A DNA stretch of 63,967 bases, filler included, from Choristocarpus tenellus KU-1152 (Eukaryota; Protista; Phaeophyceae), in NCBI GenBank assembly GCA_964200185.2. It is 9 parts of 9 records of this genome, joined end to end, with 100 filler letters (N's around TTAATTAATTAA, not from the genome) between each part and the next. Parts side by side here need not be neighbours in the genome. Positions count along the whole stretch, not along the records: positions 25,264 to 29,385 come from CAXNAD020016109.1; positions 29,486 to 33,124 come from CAXNAD020018798.1; positions 33,225 to 36,287 come from CAXNAD020022590.1; positions 36,388 to 51,745 come from CAXNAD020001012.1; 5 more parts are not named here. One strand, 5' to 3'. Below, piece after piece: positions 26,645 through 47,620 of the stretch. Numbering within the stretch: position 1 is the stretch's first letter; every line of letters begins with the position of its first letter. The position numbers were made by a program, and so were the translations under genes. The notes below the pieces were generated by a model. That model saw only the letters and a program-made list of their open reading frames with translations, was not told the origin of the DNA and did not search any database.

Positions 26645-26901
26645 GAGTCAAAGTATCTTAGAGGGTAGATCCGCGTCCATTTGGGGGCCACAATCCAATG
26701 TTGCGATTTTGATGTAGTATGACTATCGTGTTTATTAGGAAGCGTCAATCTCCTTGTTCCGGACATACCTTTTCATAACGTACACATATTACCTACTCGA
26801 AATATTTTGGAGTAGGAAAATGTCATGAAAAAAAACATGGGAAGCCAAGCAACAAAGGGACAAACAGGGCAAAACTCGTACCCTCCAAGATACTTTCACT
26901 C
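26645..26901 (+). mobile_element. MITE family 1, full copy
   Basis: TIRs gagtcaaagtatcttagagggta / taccctccaagatactttcactc, with subterminal inverted gtccatttgg / caaagggac. Confidence 0.9.
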
Positions 26902-27959
26902 ACCAACCGAAGGGAAGGTTGGGGAGGAGAGTAGTGCGACTACGTGCCATTGCACTCAGGAAATGTTACTGCACGCTCCAGAACTTACCTCCACAGGATG
27001 TATAGATCCAATCTACAGGCCTGTAGATGATACTGATGCACGTATAGGACTCCAGATCCACAAGTCGTCAAGTACGTTGGGTATCTCACTTGGATTATCA
27101 GCAATATCATCGTATAAAAAGGAACTGGCACTGATGTACCAATTGGGGGTATGATAATTAAATAATAAATAGATAAGTCAAGAAGTACACTATATGAAAT
27201 CTAGGACTTCAAGGTCATAATGGTGATTATGAAACCGACATCAAGACATATCGCCTGTAACAGAAACACCTAAGCGAAAACCCGGGTGTAAAATATCTTA
27301 GTAGTTGACAGTTGCAGAAGGCCCTGGCTGCTTGGAAGCTGTGCAAGCCGGAGTGGCTGAAGGAAACGAGAAAGAAGATGTTAGGGTTGGGCTAAAAGGG
27401 CTCTGAATCCCGAAAGAAGGTAACCCACTTCCGGCGCTTCTCGAGGAAATGTGATAGTAAAGGCTCTAACACTGCGAATCAAGTACCTGTGTATGAACGA
27501 TGGGAAAGACTGTTAAACAGTGCTCGAGGTGGCAGCAGGATATGCGATGGTCAGGTCGGAAACTGTGAGTAAATGGGAGAGAGACTTCCTAACTAAGGGC
27601 GTGACGAGAGGCGCTTCGTTCTGGGCCTCAACGAGGACATCCTTGCCGAGGTCAAAGAGTGGGTACATGAACACACAGGAGGAAAGGGTGGGGAGGCTTT
27701 TTTCCCGTCTAAACCCTCTACTTTAATCAACTAATTGTGTATCTGTTGCCACTCTTGGTGACCTAGAATCCAGGGTTCGAACCCCAATATGACCGCTCTT
27801 TCTTCAAAAAAAGAAAAAAGAAAAAACAAAGCCCGTACTCTGGAGGGTATTGCGACGGGCATCACGAACATGCTTTTATATTTTAAATCCGATGTCTACA
27901 TCAAAAGGTATGACGGGATAACCCCAGACGCATAAGGTATCGGTACTACTATAGTGATC

Positions 27960-28100
27960 CATCCTATCTTAGAGGGAGGGGTTGTTCTGTATTTAGGGTC
28001 TTTTTGGCTACCTTTGGGTGCATGTGCTTCTAGCACTCGAGAACTCGATTTCACCCTTACAATGTACACAAGAATTCTTATTGGTTTCTACAGTCACAGT
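27960..28100 (+). repeat. Old dispersed repeat (family 3)
   Basis: Begins catcctatcttagagggag (exact reverse complement at ~48048-48066). Body similar to 24066-24190. Shares TATCTTAGAGGG with the family 1 TIR. Confidence 0.5.
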
Positions 28101-28286
28101 CTTATGGATGATAAGGGGGGTTAACGGCATTTCAGGGCCTGAATTGCCTCTAGTTCATTAATATTACTAGTGGTTCTCCTCAGTATCGCACACCTGTTCA
28201 CCATCTCAGTGAATGCACTCAAGTCTCATTATCGAACCTGTGCTCGCGCCAAATGCGCGTGCCTTCCACACATTCCGTCTGCCCCA

Positions 28287-28803
28287 GACTATAAGTATCT
28301 TAGAGGGTAAGAGTTTTGCCCTGTCTGTCCATTTGGGGCTTAGCTCCCCAAGGGTTTTTTTGTGACAATTTGAGTCAAAGTATCTTGAGGGTAGAACCGC
28401 GTCCATTTGGGGTCCGAAATCCAATGTTGCGATTTGGATGTAATTTTGGCTATTGTGTTGTTAGGAAGTGTCAATATCCATATTCTGGACACCTTTTCAT
28501 AACGTACATATTTAACCTACTCCGAACCGTTTTGGGGTAGGAAAATGTCATAAAAAACTCCATAGAGAGCCAAGCCCCAAATGGACAAACAGGGCAAAAC
28601 TCGTACCCTCTAAGATACTTTCACTCTTTCCTACTCCAAAATTTTTCGGAGTAGGTAAAATATATACGTTATGAAAAGGTGTGCCCGGAACAAGCATATT
28701 GACACTTCCTAACAAATACCATCGTCAAAATTACATCAAAATCGTAACATTGGATTTTGGCCCCAAAATGGTCACAGCTCTACCCTCTAAGATACTTTGG
28801 CTC
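28287..28803 (-). mobile_element. MITE family 1 outer copy (reverse orientation), split by a nested copy
   Basis: 28287-28371 plus 28627-28803 rebuild a full reverse copy. Flanked by CCA on both sides (28284-28286 and 28804-28806). Confidence 0.85.
28372..28626 (+). mobile_element. MITE family 1 inner (nested) copy
   Basis: gagtcaaagtatcttgagggta ... taccctctaagatactttcactc, flanked by TTT on both sides. Confidence 0.9.
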
Positions 28804-29329
28804 CCAGGTCTAACCAGATCTACCCTACCACTAATACGGTAGTAATATGCTTACATTGCTTTTACCTCGTCTTCGACCACCTCATACACCTACTGCGTGC
28901 CTCCCACACGACTTGTCACCTCCATCTAGAGCCAGCTTTAACGAGCTCTATGTACGCACACTATGAATCATTTTCTAGCATCTACCCCATCTTCAGTCCC
29001 GTACGTTAGGTCATCGTCTAACACTATTTGTACCACACAACAAGCGATTCAAGTTCCACCTACTTGTCTCTCCGTTGTACTTGCACATGTCTCCACCAGA
29101 CTGGACAATCTTGGAGCGGCATAATTTTATTATTGTTTGTGTTCACCAATTACTACATATAACTAATCAATATTATGTTCTGCCTACAGACTTTCGTGGA
29201 TAGAATTTGTCATAGAAAGTCAAGAACATACTGCCTCTGTCCCATAAGTCTGTTCCTTTATGTATGCACCTCGTTGGGATCGCCTCCGACTTCAAAACGG
29301 ATTTTTGCGTTGGATTTCTCAAAAGGTTT

Positions 29330-29385
29330 GACTCAAAGTATCTGGGAGGGGGTGGCGGCTGTCCATTTGGGGTCTTTTTTTTCAT
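29330..29385 (+). mobile_element. MITE family 2, left end at contig end
   Basis: gactcaaagtatctgggagggggtggcggctgtccatttggggtc. Confidence 0.8.
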
Positions 29386-29485
29386 NNNNNNNNNNNNNNN
29401 NNNNNNNNNNNNNNNNNNNNNNNNNNNNNTTAATTAATTAANNNNNNNNNNNNNNNNNNNNNNNNNNNNNNNNNNNNNNNNNNNN
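29386..29485. other. Artificial contig linker
   Basis: N44-TTAATTAATTAA-N44. Confidence 0.98.
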
Positions 29486-29518
<33 letters not shown>

Positions 29519-30601
29519 GGGGGGGGGGGAGGGGAGAAAATCATTGCTAGCTAGCTACCCGAGCACTGAGGAGGAATGATGGACGGCATTCATTCGTTGA
29601 AAGGGTTAGGGTTAGGGGAGAAAAAAAGAGCATCTCCACCACATGTTTGTTCAACTCAGCAACAGATGCACAAACACATAACTGCACCAATGGAGGAGCT
29701 CGGATCACACTCCCAACTCAGGGTCTCTGTCTGCAAATCAACCGTGTGTGTGTGTGTGTTTAAGATGGAAGGCAGAAGATAATTGAGTACCTAAGAACAT
29801 GGGAATCAACAACGAAGAAGATGGATCAACTCAAGAGATAGTGAAATCAAGCAATAGAAAGAGAGTGATATCACAGACGGGACTCATCTGGAACAGAAAA
29901 AAAACCCGAGACCTTTTAAACGACGACAGTAGTGGAAAAGGGGGGTGGGGGCAGAGTTGAATCGAGGAAAAAAATATGCATACGAGTTATGTGGAGGAAA
30001 GGGCTTATTTTTTCAAGACAAAACATTCATTGACGAAAAAAGCCTTCCATACCTAACCCTAACCCTACCAGTACAACAACACACGCACACAAAACAAAAG
30101 AGACGTGCTGACCCCAACTCTAAGGAACAAGCTTAAACTTAACCCTAACATGTTCAAACACACTGAAGGCGTGTACTGTAAGAGTAACTAGTAGCCCTAA
30201 CCCCATCCCCAGGAAATATTCACCAGGCAAGGACGGAAGGCAGGGTTACCTGCACCTTTTAACAAAAAAAAATGAGTCAAATTCCTCTATCGAAATAGAA
30301 AAGGAAAAAAAAATATGAGGTGACATAACCCCGATATGATGGGTACCGCCACAGACACTCCTTACATGATACCTTAAGTGACGCCTACGGATCACACTTT
30401 CCATTGTATCACTAGCATTGCATCCCCTCTACCAAAACACAAATAGTGCTGGGATACAAATAAGACAAAACAAAAATTATAGGAACATTACTTTCAAGAA
30501 GTGAATCCGTAGTTATTGTACATTTTTGCACTTCTTTTCCATCCACCATCGACCCCTTCTTCCTATGAGGGATAGGATCGACCCTCTCTTTTTCGTCACA
30601 C

Positions 30602-30734
30602 CTTCATCGTATCCAAAAGCGCCTCCCTATCCTCAACTGTCAGTTCGCCCAATTCACGCCTCACATATCTGCAGGCAACCTCTGTATCCACAGATCGAGT
30701 GATGCTTCCCTCTCTCGTCATCTCACTGAATCAG

Positions 30735-30775
<41 letters not shown>

Positions 30776-32449
30776 TGCAGTGAAGTAAGTTGCAGTGCTT
30801 GCGTAGGGGAAGAGTTCCAGAAGGAAAAAAAAAAAACATGCACACACACAATGAAAGTAACGGCCACTAGAACTTAATGAGGGGGCAGCAACTCCAAGGG
30901 AAAAAATAAAAAAAGTAACAAAATAAAAATAAAAAACACACACAGTGAAAGTAATTACTATAATTTATTGAGGGGGTAGGAATTCCAAGGAAAAAAATAA
31001 AAAAGAGAACAAATGAAAATAAAAAACAGGATTTTTTTCGGACAGCAATTGTGAACAGCCCACAGGTGGTGGGAGGCGAAGAACGTATTCCTACATGAGC
31101 ATGCCTGGGGTTGAGCAGCTAGTTTCACAATACAGAAGGATAAATCGAACCTTGCACAAGGAGATGCACCCAGAAAACAAGTATCGAGGAGGACAGCATG
31201 CTCTTAACCCATTACACAAACCAAGTGCTTGTAGTGAGGAGTGCAAATACCTCCTCAGCAGCACACAGAAAGGTTGCCCAAAGTGATCCAAGAAATGGAT
31301 CGATTGCCCTATGTGATTGAGAATGCCAAAACCCTCCTAACATGGGATGTAATGGATCACGGGCCATGGCCATGCAAGATACGGAGGAAAAAGTCGTGCT
31401 GTCGACCAGACATCTGAATGTTTGCCGAAATGATTGATTTACATGGAGGTAGGTCCCAGTAGTGGGTTTGAGATGACAGACAAAACAATCGAAACAGTTT
31501 CGCTCTGAGCGAAAGCTACAATAACACCAGTTATCCTAAGAAGAGAAGTGTGCGAAAAAAAAACATTACAGGAGACAAAAAAGAAGATCACCTGAGGGAG
31601 ACAGTGTACCATCCAACTATTGAGAAGGTGGTCTGCACCTCCTGACCACGCAACACTATGTGGACTTCATTGTTATCATCTATGGCCACCCCGCTCGACC
31701 CCGTGGCAGTTTTTGAGGTTTGGTGTAAGACCTGATCGGTCTTCGGGGTTGGTGAGTCACCCTCACTTCCCCCATCGGCGATGTTCAACTCTTCGGATAT
31801 AGCCCTAATATCCCACAGATACAAGCGATCCTCCAACGGGTCATTGACGCTCAGCGTGGTGAGACGGAATGGCTCCACAATTTCCTTGTCTTTCAACCAA
31901 GGGTATTCTTTTCCTGGCTTTCTGGAGGTCTCATTGTAGTAGAGATTTCTTGCCCTGTAACCACAAATTGTGGATGAAAGAGGGATGAGTTACACACCAT
32001 TTATTGGGCTAGTTACCAATCATGGTTTTCAAGCCTCACTCGAGTTCAGCATTTTCGTGGGTATGGCACATGTTTCGTGATGGATAATGAGAAAATGAAA
32101 ATACCTGCACACAGCAACTATAACCTTGGAGACAAAGGCCTCACCTGAAAGAGAGATAGTCTGTACCAGTGGCAGTGAAAAACGCCGTCTGGTGCGGTAC
32201 TTCAATTGAGATTCCAGATAGCACTCTGTTGGACCCTCCACTCAACCTATACCATACAACGAATACAGTCGATGCTAGCAGAGCCAAAATCAGTGCTCGG
32301 TGGGGTATTCTGAAGCGTTTGTGGCGTTGAGAGATGTTGACTAACGCTTCACCGGACAGTACCTCATCTAGTTTTAAAAGAGGTTGAGTCTCATGCCCAT
32401 CCGTAGAGACCAGGGCCATGAGATATCCTTTTGCCCTGATCAGGACCAT
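30602..32449 (-). CDS. 5' part of a membrane-anchored tyrosinase/di-copper-domain-like protein
   Basis: Exons 32449-32145, 31954-31592, 30725-30602, GT-AG and phase-consistent. N-terminal TM segment ALILALLASTVFVVWY, then PGKEYPWLKDKEIVEPFRLTTL and CRYVRRELGELTVEDREALLDTMK, the typical start of a tyrosinase domain. The His-containing copper sites are not in the contig. Confidence 0.7.
30738..30772. repeat. (GA)n microsatellite
   Basis: Perfect run. Reads (CT)n on the minus strand just upstream of the acceptor at 30726. Confidence 0.95.
30840..31028. repeat. Intronic tandem repeat, ~97-bp unit x2
   Basis: cacaca.tgaaagtaa...tgaggggg..g.aa.tccaagg.aaaaaataaaaaag..aacaaa occurs twice. Confidence 0.75.
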
Positions 32450-33124
32450 GTTTACTCTCCTCTGGCGAACCGTCGACCACCCTTAACCTTCACATGACCT
32501 CAACATCTTCATGCTTTCAATTTCTCTGCCATCTTCATCTTTCTCTTAGAGTTGGGATTGTTAGGACTTCGACAATATCATTATTGATCATAGAGTTTTG
32601 AGGACTAGCAACAAAGAACTATGAAAAATATGAAATTTCTATCATGTATGACGTCAGAGGACATAATAATGCATATATACATGATAATAAAATAATATAG
32701 TTTTCATTGGTTTCCCCCTGACACATCAGCAAAATATCAGAGGGCATAATAATAGAATATATATATATATATAAGAGAAAGTTGTGTGTGTGAGTTGAAA
32801 ATAAACGGTTAAGAGTACGGTAAACTGTTCGTCATCAATAGAAAAATATTACATATACTAGTATAGAGGGGTATAATGATACATATTAGAGAGAGATTAG
32901 AAGTCATATATTATTGAGTTGAATTCATTAACATTTTCGAAGTTGAAAGAAACGCGAAAACTTGTGGAATTGTCAATGTATGATAGTGTTAGCTGATAAT
33001 GGATTGTTGGGGAACAGATTGTAGGGATAGCATGGGTAGATACATCTACAAAATATCCGAGGTGTGAATCGTGTGATTCTGTGGCGGCGTGGTTCACTCA
33101 GGCAAGGGTGGCGAAGAGAATCAC

Positions 33125-33224
33125 NNNNNNNNNNNNNNNNNNNNNNNNNNNNNNNNNNNNNNNNNNNNTTAATTAATTAANNNNNNNNNNNNNNNNNNNN
33201 NNNNNNNNNNNNNNNNNNNNNNNN
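33125..33224. other. Artificial contig linker
   Basis: N44-TTAATTAATTAA-N44. Confidence 0.98.
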
Positions 33225-33701
33225 GGTCCAATGCCACCCCAGCTCTTTCTCTAGTCCCTGTTAATATGGGGCCAGATAAATGCCTACTAAAATGTGATGG
33301 CAGTTTTTTCTTGTTTTAATACAAATAAAAAAAAAATGTTTCCTTACTGTGAACAGAAAAATAAAAAGGTATGCATCAATTAACCCCTCCAAGTAAGTCG
33401 ACCCACTTTCTTGTTGCAACTCACGCTGTGCATTGTATCACATTTTTTAAGTCCAGCTCGTAGTATATTGATTGCCCCCACTCAATGGTCCCCCCCCCCC
33501 CCCCCACTGGGGGGGGGCCTTTGGTGCCCTTTCTTATATTGATTGCCCCCCCTCAATGGTCCCCCCCCCCCCCCCCCGACTGGTGGGTGGCCTTTGTGCA
33601 CATTACTTAATAGAGTCGGTGTGGTTGGTATGGTACTCCCTGCTATTGTGAACAGTGTCCGTCTACTCACGTCACGACACGGTCGGCTTCTCCTACCACA
33701 G

Positions 33702-33830
33702 GGAGAGGAACTGATCGGTGAACGTGCATGGAGGGTTCTTTTTGGAGTTGTATCGCTTCCGTTGGCGTTGTCCTCCCTGGTCTACTTCATCAACCACCGT
33801 TATGACGGAATTCAACTCTGGGACATTAAG
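33702..33830 (+). CDS. Z-ISO: Internal exon of 15-cis-zeta-carotene isomerase (NnrU family)
   Basis: cag|GEELIGERAWRVLFGVVSLPLALSSLVYFINHRYDGIQLWDIK|gtgtg. Closely matches the plant Z-ISO segment GEKLIGERAFRVLF..SLPLA...VYFINHRYDG.QLW. Other exons not found in this contig. Confidence 0.9.
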
Positions 33831-33832
33831 GT

Positions 33833-33862
<30 letters not shown>
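33831..33862. repeat. (GT)n microsatellite starting at the Z-ISO donor site
   Basis: gtgtgtgagtgtgt... run. Confidence 0.9.
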
Positions 33863-33863
<1 letters not shown>

Positions 33864-34782
33864 GTATTAATGATAGTGGTAGTCATAGTAGTAAATAGTA
33901 AATAGTGATTGTGCAGTGGGACCTACCGGTTTATTTTGGATGTTGAAGTCGACGCCAATCTGATTCATTCCTGCTGTTCTAGTCTTCCAAGGGTGGTGGA
34001 GTTGGTGTCCCTTCAGGAAGTCTGGCCCGATTGGCCTTTACTATAGTTAGGTAAGTTGGATTGCAGTACTCATCTCAACCATAGTTTATGGCATCGTGTG
34101 TGCATGTAGTCCAGGGATGTGGGAGGTCAGGGGGCGTATGATAATCGCATGTGTCAGAAGTTGGTTTTGTTAGATATAGAGAGGTGGGGGAGAGACAATT
34201 GGCCCTGGGAGAGGGGAGGAGGAAGCTGGAGGGGCAGTTGGAAAAGCAGGCTAGTTGAAAGCAGTGTTTCTTTTTGATGCAAGACTGGTTAGGGTTGGGG
34301 TTAGTTGAAGTGCTGTGAGAGTATTGCTTGTAACTTTTGTAAATATATATATTTTTTCACTCTCACCATATATATATATATGTATGTGTGTGTGTGTTGC
34401 CACTGGTGGTGATTCTTATCGACTACATTTTTTGGCGTGAAATTTTGCAAACATTGTGTGGGAAAAAAAAAATCTGATGCGGTTGAGATTAACTTTAGAA
34501 AATTAAAAAAAAATAGTATATACTTCTCTGAGTACAAGATTGCATTTTGAAAAGTCAAATGTTGGTTTTTCTTTTTAGTTCTGTTTCGATTTTGTTCTTT
34601 TGCGCATCATTGCAACGTGCTCTATTTTTTTCTTTTTTTTGCCGGAATGTTGACTGTTCCACCTTCAGTCTCATTTGTTTCCACTGCACTCACTCACCCG
34701 GGGCAGTACAAGGCTTGCTATTATTATTATTATTGTTATTTACATTGGAGGCATTTTTATCTGTTTTTTTCTTGTATTTTTT

Positions 34783-34979
34783 GGGTCAAAGTATCTTTTT
34801 TTTTGGGGGGGGGGGTGGCAGCTGTCCATTTGACACCCATTTTTCCATGTACTATTTTTGGGTGAATTTGGTTGTATGCATCGGATGGATAATGTAAGTT
34901 CACTTCTCCTGGTCAGGGGCCAAATGGACACCCTTGTAGACACCCTGGTGTAGCCCCCCCCCCCCAGATACTTCGGGCC
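34783..34979 (+). mobile_element. MITE family 2, full copy (~197 bp)
   Basis: TIRs gggtcaaagtatct..polyG / polyC-agatacttcgggcc, with subterminal inverted tgtccatttg / caaatggaca. Confidence 0.85.
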
Positions 34980-36214
34980 TATTGTTGACCTTCGGCCTCG
35001 GCTGACTCGATCGCCATAAAGAATGTGAAGTGGTTCCAAGTACATTATCCCTATCTGACGGACCGATATTACACTGATCGTCTGCCTCCCCACTTGTTCG
35101 GTACGAATTCGTGCTCTCGCTTGTATTTTTCGTCTCGTTCCCAAACTGCAGGAGAGGAGGAGTGCTGAGGAGTGCCGACGACTGTTCTGTGCTTTGCAAA
35201 GAAGCGCTGACATAACCATCCAATACATGAATGGTCCACTCTGGGAGGAGATACGGAGCTCGAAGTCCTCTACATCCTCCAGGTCGAAGAAGAACAGATC
35301 GAGTCGTTAATCATGAGGAACGAGAGTAGCAGTGCCATTTTCTCTGAGGTCCGAGGAAGGACTCATGTCAATACGCCTTTTCGTTCGTTCGGTTCCCCCT
35401 CAGAATAAGCGCCTGCACACCTAACCCTACGGACTGCAGTTTTTCTAAATTTTGTCTTTTATTGATGGACTTGTGTGGAAACGCACAAGCCTGACCTCCC
35501 TCACTGTTTCTCCAACGCACCAGGTTTTAATGAGACAAGGGAGGATTCGTTTATTGCTTGGGGTGTAGTCAAGGGGATATATCTACACATTGTCCATTGA
35601 TCTATCCCCAATGTCAGGAATGCCAGCAGGATGTATTGTCAGCAGAAGCGCCCATCATAGCGCAGTCAGCCTCTATGTCCGATGTATGGTAATGACTGGA
35701 CGACAAGTCATTGAATTCTTGGAAAACAATACTCTATACTCCAGAGTATATCCAATTCTTTTTGGAGGGGGCTGGCTTACCAGGGTAGGTGCGCTCAGGT
35801 TTGCGTGCCACTTTACTCGATATACTGTTATTTGAGTAAGTAGTGAAGATTAGGATAGAATTGGGGAGAAGAAAGGAGATGGGTGCCTCACACCGTCTCC
35901 ATTGACAAGCTTGAATTAGAAGTAGTGGTTGCAAAATGGAAGAGTGGCATGGTATGTACTCTCCCTCATGTGTTCATATTATTTATTATCTCACCACTAG
36001 GTATTCCTTCTTGTAGATACATCACCATGTATGATTTGCAGTCTCTCACAACAGTCGCATCCTTCAGCGTTTAGTGTTTTATTGTTATCAATCCAATGTG
36101 TTGATTGATGCACTGATTTTTTCAATGTGCTCGTCTTAAGGAATGAAGCTCCGATTATCAAACTAAAGTTTATGGAACTATGATACTACTTAACTACCAA
36201 TCAGTCCAGATGCA

Positions 36215-36287
36215 GGCTCAAAGTATCTGGGAGGGGGTGACGGCTGTCCATTTGGGGTCAATTTTTTCATGTCGCGATTATTAGGTG
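36215..36287 (+). mobile_element. MITE family 2, left end at contig end
   Basis: ggctcaaagtatctgggagggggtgacggctgtccatttggggtc. Confidence 0.8.
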
Positions 36288-36387
36288 NNNNNNNNNNNNN
36301 NNNNNNNNNNNNNNNNNNNNNNNNNNNNNNNTTAATTAATTAANNNNNNNNNNNNNNNNNNNNNNNNNNNNNNNNNNNNNNNNNNNN
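36288..36387. other. Artificial contig linker
   Basis: N44-TTAATTAATTAA-N44. Confidence 0.98.
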
Positions 36388-36803
36388 TCATCGACCTACA
36401 TTACCCACAACTCCCTCAACATACTTACCAAGAACAAACTACAAAGGGTCAGAAGAGGTCTCAAGACATTAGTTGCTTAGAATCTCAACACTCAGCCGTT
36501 ATCAGCGGCTGTCTGAGTGTCACAGAAGTCATTTTGTGAGCAAATCTTCACTGACCTTTATTTGCCCCTGTTACCCCCTACTCAAGACTATCCAAATTTT
36601 GCCAAGAGATTTTCACGGACAACCAAGTCTAAAATCCAAGTGCCTATAATTATGTTATAGAACTAAACTTGTTTAGAGGTCCAGGCATAACTTATCTCAG
36701 CATGAAGAAACTTTGCTACACTATGTGGGCGAGAATAGAAAGCAGCATATCTTACCCTATATAAACATCTGAAATTAACTTGTCCTATTTATTATTGAGA
36801 TCA

Positions 36804-45890
<9,087 letters not shown>

Positions 45891-47249
45891 CTGGAAGAAC
45901 AGATACTGATCCTATGCCGCCTTTAATATGCTCGAGTCCAACTTCTTTCCCCCTCAGGTTCCCCTTCTCCAATCCCTTCCCCTTCTCTCTACTATCCAGT
46001 CCTCTATTCCCTATGTATTGTATTTTTATTTGTTCAATTATTATATTTTTTCATGAATAGTGCTCATCAACTGCGCGCATAACATGACTGGACAGATAAT
46101 GACAAGGAAGAGTAGAGAATAAGAAGAAGAATATTACTAGTAGGAAGTGAGTTTTAGCGAGAGTGACGATGAGTGACTATAATAGTGATAATAAGCCATA
46201 GAGTGATAGACCATTTACGAGAATATATTAGGAATTCCTACAATCATCATTGGCAGAGCCAAAATAATAAAAATACTCCTCCATTTTATGGTGAAATATT
46301 TGTACTATAATATAATATAGTAGTAGGTACAATAATATGTGAAAGCAAATAGTCCCAAACAATGATGGTACCAGTTCGAGTATCATCCACCACATTTGTA
46401 CGGATTGTAGGGATGGGAATGTGGAGTGGGACGTTTCTACGCACTACTCTATTAGTAGTAAAACTACCCTACAACAATTAAATTAATATATTAGTATTTT
46501 ATTATTATGCCCGGTCAGTATCGTAAAATGAAGTAAGGTCCAACAAAATAGAGCAGGAAGACGACATACCTATAAAAATCAATGTGAACAAAAACTAAAA
46601 AAGAAGAGAGAGAAATGGAAGACAAGACCTTGAAACATGTCAAGGACAAAACTCCCACATACCTAATTCTTTTCATTGTAGTGACACGTAGCAGAATCTC
46701 TAATCAAAGGTATTATCATAGTATTTACTGAGTGTTCAATAGGCACGAGACCTACTAGGAAGGAACCACCAGCAAGAACATCACCCATCATTCATGGAAT
46801 AAACATTACAAGCACAAGCACAAATAAGAAGGCAATCATACTTCAATTAACTACAGCAATAGTAGCTACTGAGTAAAATATATAGGGGGGGGGAAAACAT
46901 TAGTCCAGAAATGTATCTATCTACAGAGAAAGGCTGCAGCAGCAAGAAAGCAAGGGAAAAAGCACCAGCACTAGCAAAAACGAAAATGTACCCATCTAGT
47001 TCTCAAGTTACAGCATCATCAGATGTCAGAGACAATATCAGACTCGGCAAGCGCCACTAACGTTGTCCTATTGGCTGCAATCACTTTGACATGACGGATC
47101 ACAGTGTTCCTTACCGATTCCTGCTTTTCACCAGTTGCTCAAGAAATGCTTAGCTCCAGTTCCCCATGAAGATATCCCTGGTCGACTGAATTATTATAGA
47201 CTGCAGTGTTGGTGGTTTTGAAATTATGCAGAGTATATTATTTTGATGC

Positions 47250-47620
47250 AGTATAACTTGTACCTCCCACCACCCATCCCGTCAATGGAGCATGCAATCC
47301 CGGAATAGACAGGTCTCCTTTTCTTTCCAAGAGCAATAATGTGCCCAACGATTACACACATGAGAATTCTATCATACTTGTGTAGTTCTCTGTGAATTTC
47401 GCCAAGAAGGGTGTAATTATCCTCACAGCAACTAACTGCCGTTTTGGACCTAGGCACAGCTTTTCTAGCCCAGAAACCGCCACAGATTCAGTTACGACCC
47501 TTGCACAAAGTTCCAGTAAACACCATATGAACACATTCGGTCCAAACACAATGCCCCCCCCCCCCCATAGATGATTGAACCATAACAACCCACAGATGAT
47601 ATTGCTGTAGGACATGGATA
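47250..47620 (-). mobile_element. Possible degenerate LTR-retrotransposon integrase relic
   Basis: FTGTLCK..*ICGGFWARK...SKT....EDNYTLL loosely resembles the rve core spacing. Heavily decayed. Confidence 0.2.

Noticed and set aside
27290-27660. Exon-like segments on the minus strand with good acceptors
   Set aside because: No phase-consistent, recognisable protein could be assembled.
27755-27830. tRNA or tRNA-derived SINE (B-box GGTTCGAACC plus A-rich tail)
   Set aside because: No A-box, no cloverleaf and no second copy in the window.
33465-33610. Tandem duplication around poly-C tracts
   Set aside because: One copy looks like a degraded read after a homopolymer. Probably an assembly artefact.
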